Assembly (NCBI GenBank): GCA_046160675.1
Contig: JBJXHH010000117.1
Coordinates: 11-64,010, forward strand
Direction of reading: 5' to 3'
DNA length: 64,000 nt
Origin: Chitinophagales bacterium
GTDB lineage: Bacteria > Bacteroidota > Bacteroidia > Chitinophagales > BACL12
Shown here piece by piece: positions 27,700 through 36,496 of this stretch. Below the pieces are notes generated by a model. It ran no database searches, was not told the origin of the DNA, and saw only the letters and a program-made list of their open reading frames with translations. Position 1 is the first letter of the stretch. Each line of letters opens with the position of its first letter. Made by a program: the position numbers and the translations under genes.

Positions 27700-28155
27700 A
27701 TGGTGAAGCTATTTACTGATGGAGCCGCTAAAGGAAACCCCGGACCCGGTGGTTTTGGAGCAATTTTGCAATATAATAAACATGAAAAAGAACTTTCTTC
27801 CGGCTTTAGAAAAACAACTAACAACCGAATGGAACTCATGGCTGTGATAGCAGGATTAGAAGCATTAAATAAAGAAAACCTTGATGTTACCATCTATTCA
27901 GATTCAAAATATGTTGTTGATGCAATTGAAAAAGGCTGGGTTTATGATTGGATGAAAACCGGATTTAAGAAAAAGAAAAACAAAGACCTATGGTTGCGCT
28001 TGATGCGTAGTTATGCTAAACACAAAATAAAACTAGTATGGATAAAAGGTCATGCTGGGCATCCTGAAAATGAACGATGTGATGCGCTTGCTGTAGAAGC
28101 AAGTGAGGGACGAAACCTGCGGATAGATGAAGAATATGAAATGAATGTTGAGTAG
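27700..28155 (+). CDS. rnhA: Ribonuclease HI
   Basis: ATG 27700 (MVKLFTDGAAKGNPGPGG). The catalytic DEDD context is present: FTDGA, NNRMEL, YSDSKY and ENERCDALA. Confidence 0.9.
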   Translation: MVKLFTDGAAKGNPGPGGFGAILQYNKHEKELSSGFRKTTNNRMELMAVIAGLEALNKENLDVTIYSDSKYVVDAIEKGWVYDWMKTGFKKKKNKDLWLRLMRSYAKHKIKLVWIKGHAGHPENERCDALAVEASEGRNLRIDEEYEMNVE

Positions 28156-28175
28156 TGAATAGTAAGTATTATGTT

Positions 28176-29192
28176 TTAACTACTTAACTGTTCGGCATAT
28201 TTGGCAATAAAATCTTCAATTTTTTCTACCATTTCTAAGGAGCCAATGTACAATGGCGAGCGCTGATGCAACTCTTTCGGTTCAATTTCCATAATCCGCC
28301 GGGAACCATTACTGGCAAGGCCTCCAGCTTGTTCTGCAATAAATGCAAGTGGGTTGCATTCGTAAAGTAACCTTAATTTTCCTTTTGGAGATTTTGCTGT
28401 CTCGGGGTAAATATAAATACCCCCTTTCAACATGTTACGGTGAAAATCAGCCACAAGGCTGCCAATGTATCTTGATGTGTATGGCCTCTTAGTTAAGTCA
28501 TCTTCTTCCTGGCAAAATTTGATGTATTTTTTAACTCCGTCAGGAAAATGCACATAGTTTCCTTCATTGATTGAATAGATTACTCCGCTATGTGGGATTT
28601 TTATGTTAGGATGTGATAAACAAAATTCACCAATGCTCGGATCCAAAGTAAACCCATTAACTCCAAAACCAGTGGTATATACCATCATGGTTGATGAACC
28701 ATAAATAATATACCCAGCAGCAACTTGTTCGCTTCCTTTTTGGAGGAAATCTTCCAAAGTTGCAGGTCCCGAAAAAGTAATCCTTCTGTAAATTGAAAAA
28801 ATAGTTCCGATAGAAACATTCACATCAATGTTAGAGGAGCCATCTAACGGATCAATCATTACCACATATTTTGCATTGCTGCTCACTCCGCCATCCATGT
28901 TCACATAATCTTCATTCTCCTCACTGGCTAATCCTATCACCTCCCCTCCTGCTTTCAGCGCATTTATGAACTGATGATTAGCATAAACATCTAATTTCTG
29001 TTGTTGCTCACCCTGAATATTTTCTTCGCCCTGGGCCCCGAGAATATCAACCAGTCCTGCCTTATTCACCTCCCGATTTACAATTTTTGCAGCAATGGCA
29101 ATATCACTTAAGAGCCGGGTAAGTTCGCCTGTAGCATAGGGAAAATCTGACTGACGTTCAATGACAAATTCGTTAAGTGTCTTAACTTTCAT
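28176..29192 (-). CDS. fbp: Class 1 fructose-1,6-bisphosphatase
   Basis: 338 aa. [13 protein letters not shown]...[15 protein letters not shown]...ASEENEDYV...[25 protein letters not shown]...[12 protein letters not shown]...[26 protein letters not shown] is the canonical FBPase class 1 pattern. Confidence 0.93.
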   Translation of the reverse strand: MKVKTLNEFVIERQSDFPYATGELTRLLSDIAIAAKIVNREVNKAGLVDILGAQGEENIQGEQQQKLDVYANHQFINALKAGGEVIGLASEENEDYVNMDGGVSSNAKYVVMIDPLDGSSNIDVNVSIGTIFSIYRRITFSGPATLEDFLQKGSEQVAAGYIIYGSSTMMVYTTGFGVNGFTLDPSIGEFCLSHPNIKIPHSGVIYSINEGNYVHFPDGVKKYIKFCQEEDDLTKRPYTSRYIGSLVADFHRNMLKGGIYIYPETAKSPKGKLRLLYECNPLAFIAEQAGGLASNGSRRIMEIEPKELHQRSPLYIGSLEMVEKIEDFIAKYAEQLSS

Positions 29193-29208
29193 ACAGAGGG
29201 TTGTTATG

Positions 29209-29216
29209 CAAAATTA
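29209..29216 (-). promoter_or_regulatory. Candidate -7 box TAATTTTG for fbp
   Basis: Exact TAnnTTTG match, 16 nt upstream of ATG 29192. Confidence 0.4.
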
Positions 29217-29283
29217 GCTTAAAACGAGAGTACTGGGTAATTCCTATCCATTGGGTTACAAGAGATTTACCAATTTTACCTCC

Positions 29284-29778
29284 ATGAAAATCATTTTGCG
29301 AAAAGCTTCAGCTGAGGATATGTTGCAAATACATACGCTGGTATATGAGCTCGCTGTTTTTGAAAAAGCACCTGAGCAGGTAAGTACAACTGAAGAGGTT
29401 TACAGGCGGGATGGATTTGAAGAAAACAGGTTTGATGTAATCGTGGCGGAAGACACTGACTTACCAAAGGAAAAAAGTATAATAGGGATGGCTCTCACCT
29501 ATTGGGCATACAGTACATGGAAAGGAAAATATCTCTGGCTGGAAGACCTTATCGTTACTGAAAATTACAGGGGAAAAGGAATTGGAAAAATGCTATTTGA
29601 TTCTGTACTCGAAAAATGTATAGAAGAACAAGCTGAACTGCTTCGTTGGCAGGTACTCGACTGGAACAACCCAGCAATAAGTTTTTACGACAAATACAAT
29701 ACTTTTTATCAAAAAGAATGGGTAACCTGCAAGCTAAGTATAGAAGCAATTAAGGAGGCTGTAAAAAAGCCTATTTAA
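29284..29778 (+). CDS. GNAT-family N-acetyltransferase
   Basis: Trimmed to ATG 29284 (MKIILRKASAEDM). The acetyl-CoA motif LIVTENYRGKGIGKMLF is present. Confidence 0.8.
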   Translation: MKIILRKASAEDMLQIHTLVYELAVFEKAPEQVSTTEEVYRRDGFEENRFDVIVAEDTDLPKEKSIIGMALTYWAYSTWKGKYLWLEDLIVTENYRGKGIGKMLFDSVLEKCIEEQAELLRWQVLDWNNPAISFYDKYNTFYQKEWVTCKLSIEAIKEAVKKPI

Positions 29779-29784
29779 AAAAAA

Positions 29785-29816
29785 TTCCCCCGAAGGGGAA
29801 CCCCCGCAACAGCGGG
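29785..29816 (+). terminator. Twin GC hairpins directly after the GNAT stop; a possible terminator or REP-like patch
   Basis: TTCCCC-CGAA-GGGGAA (29785-29800) and CCCGC-AACA-GCGGG (29803-29816). An A-run precedes them, but no clear U-tract follows. Confidence 0.35.
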
Positions 29817-30070
29817 AAGAATTGCGAAAACAGGGAAGCTACAAGCCTGCATGCTGTCCACCTCTGGCGGAAATTGGCTTTTCAGTTTAAAGATAATGAA
29901 TTACACAAAAAATCCATTGAAATTGGGTAATATTTCCAACTTTAATTCGTCAAAACTAAATGGCTCTTAAACAATTGAATTACATATCTTTTGGCTTCCT
30001 CCTTTTACCCCAAACCCTCTTCTGTCAGGCTACAGTCATTTGTTTGTATGTTTTTTTTATTGTTCGAAAG

Positions 30071-30084
30071 AAGTTACGTAACTT
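30071..30084. promoter_or_regulatory. Perfect 14-nt palindrome AAGTTAC|GTAACTT upstream of the giant T9SS cargo gene (candidate operator)
   Basis: It ends 36 nt upstream of ATG 30121, inside a 342-nt non-coding leader. Confidence 0.25.
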
Positions 30085-30120
30085 TAGGAGCGGTATTTTA
30101 TAACTAAAAAATTACCTGGC

Positions 30121-33100
30121 ATGAAAAAATCTTTACTTATTCTCCTCACAGTTTTTGCTGTGTCATTTTCGTCAATTCAAAGTCTGCAAGCGCAGTATTG
30201 TATACCCTATTACTGGTATGAATCTGGCTCTTCAGGCTATGGCTGGTACATTAACCGGGTAGTCTTAAACACATTGGACTATACTTCCGGTGCTGACGCT
30301 TCATACAATGATTTTACGGCGTATTCCACCACTCTTGATCTGAGCACATCTTATACAATCACAGTATATGATGGTAGTTGGGGCGATTACTACATGGCAT
30401 GGATAGATTATGACCAGGACGGTACTTTTGAAACATCCGAAGAAATATTTACATCCGAAGAATACACTTCCACTTCAACAAGTGAAAGCTTTACAGTACC
30501 CGCTACTGCTGCACCGGGTGCAACAAGGTTGCGGGTAATGGGTGTGTATTACTATTATTCTTCGATGGAACCATGCCCGGAATCCGGAGACTACTATTAT
30601 TATGGTGAAACCGAAGATTATACCATATACATCCCTAATACTGATGCAAACGATTTGGGGGTTACCTCCATTACATCTCTGGCAACTGGTTGCGGCTTAG
30701 GTTCAGAAACAGTTACAGTGAACCTTTTTAATGCAGGAACAGATGATGCTAGCAGTTTTGATGTAGCCTACCAAATAGATGACCCGGTTTTAGGTCTTTT
30801 AACCCCAGTGGTTGAATCATATACAGGCTCAACAATTGCCTCTTTAGAGGAAGGTACTTATACATTTTCAACACCAGCCGACTTATCAAACATTGGAAAC
30901 TACACTATCAAAGCATATACAATCATCTCAGGCGACGATACATATACCAATGATACGTCAGAAGTAAGCCTTACCTCCATTCCTGTAATCTCAACTTTCC
31001 CTGCAGTTGAAGACTTTGAAGATGGGGAATCCGGATGGATACATTACGGCTCAAGCAGTTCCTGGGAACTGGGAGAACCTGACGCAACTACAATTACAGG
31101 CCCTCCACCCGGAACGCCCACTAGCATAAAATCTTGGGCTACCAATTTGGATGGTTACTATGCTTACTATGAGGCGTCTTATTGTGAAAGCCCGTGTTAC
31201 GATTTTACATCCCTGGTTCTTCCTTACGTTGAGTTTGATATCTGGTGGGCAACTTATGATTTTTATGATGGAGCTCAGCTTGAATATTCTTTAGATGCTG
31301 GTGTGAGTTGGGATTATGTTGGTGATATTTCAACAGGAGACAACTGGTACACAGGTCCGGGTTATTCCTTGGGATGGACGGGCTCTATTTATGAACCAGG
31401 CTGGGTAGGCTCAGGCGGCGGCTGGAAAACAGCGCACCATGATCTTACTTTTCTTGCAGGCGAACCCCAAGTGAAGTTTAGATTTCGTTTTGCAGGCAGT
31501 TGGTACCCTTATTATGACGGTATAGCATTCGATAATTTTACTATATCTGAGCCGTTTCCTGATGACTTGGGTGTGATTGCATTGATTGACCCTGTTTCTA
31601 CTACCTCACTTGGCAGTGCCGAAACTGTTACAGTTGAAGTTCAAAATTTTGGTACAAATTCACAATCTGATTTTACAGTTTATTACCAGGTAAACACCGG
31701 AACTATTCACTCAGATGTTTACTCAGGTACCCTACTGCCGGGTGAATCAGGCATGTTGACTTTTACAGATACTGAAGATTTCAGCGTAATCGGTCCTTAT
31801 GATTTTTGTTCATGGACGGCCTTGCCGGGTGATGATGATATTACAAATGATTCGCTATGCACAACTGTGCATCACCTAACTCCGGTAAGCGGAAGCAATA
31901 CCTACTATATCCACCTGTCAACTGAAGACCCATTCTCGTCTTCTGATAATATTGATAAAATGGATGAAGTCTTTGGCGCTGGGGCATGGGAGGAGAAATT
32001 TTTTGACACTCTGGATCCTGATTCTGTTTTTAACGTAAACACATGTTTTGTTTACATTGACGGAGGATCATATACTGCAGTTGAATTTAAAGACTTCCTT
32101 GAAGAGAATATTACGGCAATTGAAGATTGGGTATCATCTGGCGGAAACCTCTTTTTAAATGCAGCACCTTATGAAGGCGGTTCCATTGAATTGGGCTTTG
32201 ACGGCACAAAACTCTGGTACCCATCCTATGTATATAGCGGGGAAGCTACTGATCCTTCATTCCCGATTTTTGAAGGGCCTCATACACCTGTTGGTACTGA
32301 ATGGTACGGCTGGTGGTACAGTTTCGCCCATGCACGGATAACAGGAGACATGACTGAACTAATTAATGATTACTGGACAACAACAAATTATGTTCTTGGA
32401 TTTAAAGAATGGGGGGATGGAGCAGTACTTTTTGGAACTATGACACCCGCTGAATACCATACACCGGCTGATGAAGCGGGCAACCTAAGAAAAAATATTT
32501 TTGAATTCCTTAAATACTGTTCACCTGTTGACCTTGGTGTTATTGCAGTCAATGCACCGGATGTAAGTGGTTGCGGGCTTGATTCTATGGAAACTATAAG
32601 TGTTATTGTAGAAAACTTCGGTCCTACTGTGGTTTCCAGTTTCCCAGTTAATGTTTCTGTGGATGGAGCAGCCCCAATAGTAGAAGTAGCCACACCAATT
32701 ATTGAATCAGGATTTACAGGCGCTTACACCTTCAGTACAACAGCTGATCTTTCAGCGCTTGGGTTACATACGCTGGAAATCTGGACAGATGTATATGTTG
32801 ATGAAGATCATACAAATGATACATTGTTTATAGAGATTACAAACCTCGAAGCCCCTGATCAAAACCTGGGAGAGGATACCTCAGTTTGCGATATAATCAC
32901 CTTAGATGCTGGTAATCCGGGTATGATTTACGCCTGGAGCACAGGAGAAACATCACAAACTATAGATCAGACAAATAGTGGTGTAACATGGGTTTCAGTT
33001 ACTCACCCTTCTACCGGATGTGTGGTGAATGATACTATTGATCTTGAAGTTACATATACTCCAGCAGCCATGTTTGATGCTGTTGTAGCAGGTCTTACTG

Positions 33101-33567
33101 TAACCTTCACAAATATGTCTTCTACCGGTGCATTGTACACCTGGTATTTTGGAGACGGAACATATTCAAATGAATTTTCGCCCACTCATACATTTACAGC
33201 TAATGCTTACACAGTAGTATTAGTAGCTGAGAACGAATGTGGATATAGTTATTTTGACACTATATTATATGTTGGAGTTGATCCAACAGTTGCATTAAAC
33301 GATATTTCTCTTGAAACAAGAACTGTTCTCTACCCTAACCCGGTTGCAAACTTCCTACAGGTAGCCATGAACTTTGATGCTTACTATAATGTAGGTTTTG
33401 AGCTGATAAATACTAAAGGTCAGGTAGTTTTGACAGAGCTTGCCGGAAAGATCAAAGAAGGAAATTATCAATTGAATGTAAGCGACATCCCATCAGGCGC
33501 ATACCAGTTACTGATAACTGCAAATGAGCACAAGTATGCAAAACCTGTTATCATTTCAAAAGAATAA
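30121..33567 (+). CDS. Multidomain T9SS cargo protein (GEVED, CARDB-like, MAM/LamG-like, PKD and T9SS CTD modules)
   Basis: 1148 aa with signal peptide MKKSLLILLTVFAVSFSSIQSLQAQ. Modules seen are a GEVED motif (GATRLRVMG...YGETEDYTIYI), CARDB-like segments (NDLGVTSI...ETVTVNLFNAG), a PKD-like segment (LTVTFTNMSS...WYFGDGT...HTF) and the tail LYPNPVANFLQV...GAYQLLITANE. Confidence 0.85.
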   Translation: MKKSLLILLTVFAVSFSSIQSLQAQYCIPYYWYESGSSGYGWYINRVVLNTLDYTSGADASYNDFTAYSTTLDLSTSYTITVYDGSWGDYYMAWIDYDQDGTFETSEEIFTSEEYTSTSTSESFTVPATAAPGATRLRVMGVYYYYSSMEPCPESGDYYYYGETEDYTIYIPNTDANDLGVTSITSLATGCGLGSETVTVNLFNAGTDDASSFDVAYQIDDPVLGLLTPVVESYTGSTIASLEEGTYTFSTPADLSNIGNYTIKAYTIISGDDTYTNDTSEVSLTSIPVISTFPAVEDFEDGESGWIHYGSSSSWELGEPDATTITGPPPGTPTSIKSWATNLDGYYAYYEASYCESPCYDFTSLVLPYVEFDIWWATYDFYDGAQLEYSLDAGVSWDYVGDISTGDNWYTGPGYSLGWTGSIYEPGWVGSGGGWKTAHHDLTFLAGEPQVKFRFRFAGSWYPYYDGIAFDNFTISEPFPDDLGVIALIDPVSTTSLGSAETVTVEVQNFGTNSQSDFTVYYQVNTGTIHSDVYSGTLLPGESGMLTFTDTEDFSVIGPYDFCSWTALPGDDDITNDSLCTTVHHLTPVSGSNTYYIHLSTEDPFSSSDNIDKMDEVFGAGAWEEKFFDTLDPDSVFNVNTCFVYIDGGSYTAVEFKDFLEENITAIEDWVSSGGNLFLNAAPYEGGSIELGFDGTKLWYPSYVYSGEATDPSFPIFEGPHTPVGTEWYGWWYSFAHARITGDMTELINDYWTTTNYVLGFKEWGDGAVLFGTMTPAEYHTPADEAGNLRKNIFEFLKYCSPVDLGVIAVNAPDVSGCGLDSMETISVIVENFGPTVVSSFPVNVSVDGAAPIVEVATPIIESGFTGAYTFSTTADLSALGLHTLEIWTDVYVDEDHTNDTLFIEITNLEAPDQNLGEDTSVCDIITLDAGNPGMIYAWSTGETSQTIDQTNSGVTWVSVTHPSTGCVVNDTIDLEVTYTPAAMFDAVVAGLTVTFTNMSSTGALYTWYFGDGTYSNEFSPTHTFTANAYTVVLVAENECGYSYFDTILYVGVDPTVALNDISLETRTVLYPNPVANFLQVAMNFDAYYNVGFELINTKGQVVLTELAGKIKEGNYQLNVSDIPSGAYQLLITANEHKYAKPVIISKE

Positions 33568-33589
33568 TTCTTAGCAGCAATTTTTTGCA

Positions 33590-33617
33590 GGGGCGGAGTT
33601 TACTTCGCCCCTTTTTT
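33590..33617 (+). terminator. Rho-independent terminator of the 30121-33567 gene, embedded in the 3' end of convergent nth
   Basis: GGGGCG-GAGTTTACTT-CGCCCC is followed by TTTTTT. The loop contains the nth stop codon (33600-33602), and the 3' arm plus T-tract encode the last five nth codons (KKGAK). Confidence 0.6.
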
Positions 33618-34232
33618 ATTTACTACACTGCAAATGGGGCATAGTTCCTCTTTATGCCCCCTTGCCGGACAGTACAGCCTGCCAAAATAAATGATTTGTA
33701 AGTGTAGTGGGTTCCAGCTCTTTTCAGGAAAAACTTTCTTCAGGTCTTTTTCAGTTTGGATTACAGACTTTCCACTGCTTAACCCCCATCTGGCTGCAAG
33801 CCGGTGAATATGCGTATCAACAGGAAAGGCCGGAACTCCGAATGCCTGACTCATAACTACACTTGCTGTTTTATGGCCCACACCCGGCAGGGCTTCCAGC
33901 CCTTCAAAAGTTGAGGGCACTTTGCCATCATATTTTTCAACTAAAATTTTTGACAAATGAAATATTGCTTTTGATTTTGCAGGCGATAAACCACAGGGCT
34001 TAATGATTTCTTTTATTTCATCAATTCTCATTTTTATCATATCAAAGGGATTATCAGCCTTTTTAAAAAGTATAGGTGTTATTTTGTTTACTCGTTCATC
34101 CGTACATTGAGCAGATAGCACTACAGCTATCAATAGCGTATACGTATCTTCATGCAAGAGTGGTATAGCAGGTTGGGGAAACAGTGAGTTTAATTTTTTT
34201 ATAATAAACGCAGCCTTTTCTTTTTTCTTCAT
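33600..34232 (-). CDS. nth: Endonuclease III
   Basis: 210 aa. LLIAVVLSAQCTDERVN is present, the HhH-GPD region is LPGVGHKTASVVMSQAFG.PAFPVDTHIHRL, and the C-terminal Cys cluster is C..........C..C. Confidence 0.9.
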   Translation of the reverse strand: MKKKEKAAFIIKKLNSLFPQPAIPLLHEDTYTLLIAVVLSAQCTDERVNKITPILFKKADNPFDMIKMRIDEIKEIIKPCGLSPAKSKAIFHLSKILVEKYDGKVPSTFEGLEALPGVGHKTASVVMSQAFGVPAFPVDTHIHRLAARWGLSSGKSVIQTEKDLKKVFPEKSWNPLHLQIIYFGRLYCPARGHKEELCPICSVVNKKGAK

Positions 34233-34349
34233 ACAATGAAACAGGTTTCCTAATCGTTTCTTAACAGAATTGTAAAATTAAAAGTATAAAAGCATCCTTT
34301 CTGTTGAAAAAAGATCATCATGCATGGTTCAAAGCCTTTTTTGAAGCGT

Positions 34350-34357
34350 TAAATTTG
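34350..34357 (+). promoter_or_regulatory. Candidate -7 box TAAATTTG for the first OmpA-family gene
   Basis: Exact TAnnTTTG match, 14 nt upstream of ATG 34372. Confidence 0.35.
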
Positions 34358-34371
34358 CACTTGATTCAGGT

Positions 34372-36483
34372 ATGAAAAAAATTATTGGTGTTATTTGTGT
34401 TTGTTTGTTCATAGTTCAGCAGGCAGATGCTGAAGTTTTGTGGGCCAGCAGGCTCTTCTCCTATTCTTCGCAAAAAGACAGTAAAGCTTACAGCGCTAAG
34501 CAAGTTTTAGGACCACCTTCCAAGCTCCCCTCTTACGGGGATTGCGGTTGTGCCTGGACTCCTTCTATGCCCAACAATAACGAAGAAGAGTTTGTACGAG
34601 TAGGTTTTACGCAACGGATAAAAGTAAGGCAAATCATTATAAGTGAAAATTATAATGCAGGAACAATTAAAGCCATTTATCTATACGATCAGTATAATAT
34701 TCCCCATCTTGTTTATGAACGTACAAAATTGCAACCTGAATATGGAAGGGTTTTTACTATTACAATACCTGAAACCGAATTTGCATCAAATGACCTGAAG
34801 TTGGTTTTAGATACAGAGAGTGTACCGGGCTTTAACCAGATTGATGCAATAGGTATTTCATCCAGTGAAGAAAAATACAATGCCCCGAAAGATCTGAATC
34901 TATCCAATAGAATTGAATTTAAAGGACCTTCTCAAAAAATGGGTTATGAAATTAATACTACGGGAAGTGATGTAACACCTTTAATTTCCCCGGATGGAAA
35001 TACATTGTATTTCACAAGGAAAGCGCATCCGGGAAATGTTGGAAACACTATGAATGATGATATCTGGGTAGTTTACAAAACAGGAAACAAATGGACTACA
35101 CCTGTTAATGCCGGCGCTCCACTCAATAATGAAAATTCAAATTATGTTGTCGGCATTTCAGAAGATGGAACCATGCTCACACTTGGAAATACTTACAGCC
35201 CTACAGGCGAATCTGAAGCGGGAGTGTCTCAAACCTGGAAGAACGCATCAGGTGTTTGGAAACAACCCATCAACCTAATTACCCCCGGCATTATTACATA
35301 TAATTATTTTGCTGAGTATTTTATGAATCAAAAGGGAACAGTTCTGTTACTTGCTCTTGAAAAAGGTGACAGCTACGGGCTGAAAGACATCTACGTTTCC
35401 TTTTCAGCAAATGGAGTATTTTGGTCTGTACCAAAAAACCTGGGCAAAAAGATAAACACAGTATCAAACGAAATTGCACCCTTCCTTTCTTCTGACGGAA
35501 GAATGTTGTTTTTTTCTTCTGACGGGTTGCCTGGCTATGGAGAGCATGACATATATGTTAGTTATCGCTTAGATGATAGCTGGACAAACTGGAGCAAACC
35601 TGAAAACCTTGGCCCCAAAGTAAATTCGGTAGGTTTTGAGGCCTATTTCTCTTATAGCGACAGCAGTGCGTATGCTTATTTTTCATCAACAAGAGATGAT
35701 TATTTTAACACAGACATCTATCAGATACCATTGAAAGAGATCCCGAAACCAAAAGATACGATCCTGGCTGAAGAAGGATTGATTGTACAGGATTCCATAG
35801 AAACAATTCCAAGTGGAGAAGAAGAAATTGTGTTACCCGATCAAAAAGATTTTGTAGATGTTGAATTGACAAATGATTATCTCCTGTTCGGAACTGTGTT
35901 TGATGCATCAACAGAATTACCAATTGATGCACAACTTATTTTTAAACTCAATAGTTATGTGAGTGAAAATGAAACAATAAATACACTCAACAAAAATTAC
36001 AGGAAGAAAATAACCGGAAATGTTTCCTATAAAGTCATCATCCTGAAGGCAGGTTATTTTTATAAGGAAGAAGTAATCACCATTACAGATTTCAACACCC
36101 AAAAAGTAAAACGGTTTGACTTCAGATTAGAACCAATAAAAAAAGGCGAAACATTTATATTAAATAACTTGTACTTTGATGCAAACAGTTCAAAGATAAA
36201 ACCTGAGAGTAATGACCAACTCAACTTATTGTATCAATTCCTTGCAACAAATCCAAGTTTGCGGATTGAAATAGGCGGGCATTCAAATGGTCTCTGCGAT
36301 GACGCCTACTGCAATAAGCTCAGTGAGACAAGGGCTATGGCGGTTCTTAAATACCTGAAAGAAAAGGGAATTGATATTGGCAGGCTTTCTGCCGTTGGCT
36401 ATGGAAAATATAACCCCATTACATCAAACGAAACGCCAGAAGGAAGGAAAAAAAATCAACGAGTTGAAATCAAGATTTTATAG
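34372..36483 (+). CDS. OmpA-family protein: uncharacterised N-terminal module, TolB-like (PD40) beta-propeller, CarboxypepD_reg-like domain, OmpA C-terminal peptidoglycan-binding domain
   Basis: 703 aa with signal peptide MKKIIGVICVCLFIVQQADA. PD40-type repeats are present (SPDGNTLYFTR, SEDGTMLTLG, SSDGRMLFFSSDG..GYGEHDIYVS). The OmpA_C part reads LNNLYFDANSSKI...IEIGGHSNG...LSETRAMAV..YL...GI...RLSAVGYGKYNPI.SNETPEGRKKNQRVEI. Confidence 0.85.
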   Translation: MKKIIGVICVCLFIVQQADAEVLWASRLFSYSSQKDSKAYSAKQVLGPPSKLPSYGDCGCAWTPSMPNNNEEEFVRVGFTQRIKVRQIIISENYNAGTIKAIYLYDQYNIPHLVYERTKLQPEYGRVFTITIPETEFASNDLKLVLDTESVPGFNQIDAIGISSSEEKYNAPKDLNLSNRIEFKGPSQKMGYEINTTGSDVTPLISPDGNTLYFTRKAHPGNVGNTMNDDIWVVYKTGNKWTTPVNAGAPLNNENSNYVVGISEDGTMLTLGNTYSPTGESEAGVSQTWKNASGVWKQPINLITPGIITYNYFAEYFMNQKGTVLLLALEKGDSYGLKDIYVSFSANGVFWSVPKNLGKKINTVSNEIAPFLSSDGRMLFFSSDGLPGYGEHDIYVSYRLDDSWTNWSKPENLGPKVNSVGFEAYFSYSDSSAYAYFSSTRDDYFNTDIYQIPLKEIPKPKDTILAEEGLIVQDSIETIPSGEEEIVLPDQKDFVDVELTNDYLLFGTVFDASTELPIDAQLIFKLNSYVSENETINTLNKNYRKKITGNVSYKVIILKAGYFYKEEVITITDFNTQKVKRFDFRLEPIKKGETFILNNLYFDANSSKIKPESNDQLNLLYQFLATNPSLRIEIGGHSNGLCDDAYCNKLSETRAMAVLKYLKEKGIDIGRLSAVGYGKYNPITSNETPEGRKKNQRVEIKIL

Positions 36484-36496
36484 CAAAAGCAGTTTT

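Noticed and set aside
36371-36496. The ORF-track start of the second OmpA paralog overlaps the first paralog by 113 nt, which could suggest a programmed frameshift or fusion.
   Set aside because: The overlapping segment (MILAGFLPLAMENITPLHQTKRQ...) is simply the alternative-frame reading of the OmpA_C coding region. A proper signal peptide begins right after the upstream stop at GTG 36497 or TTG 36506, so two separate genes is the simpler explanation.
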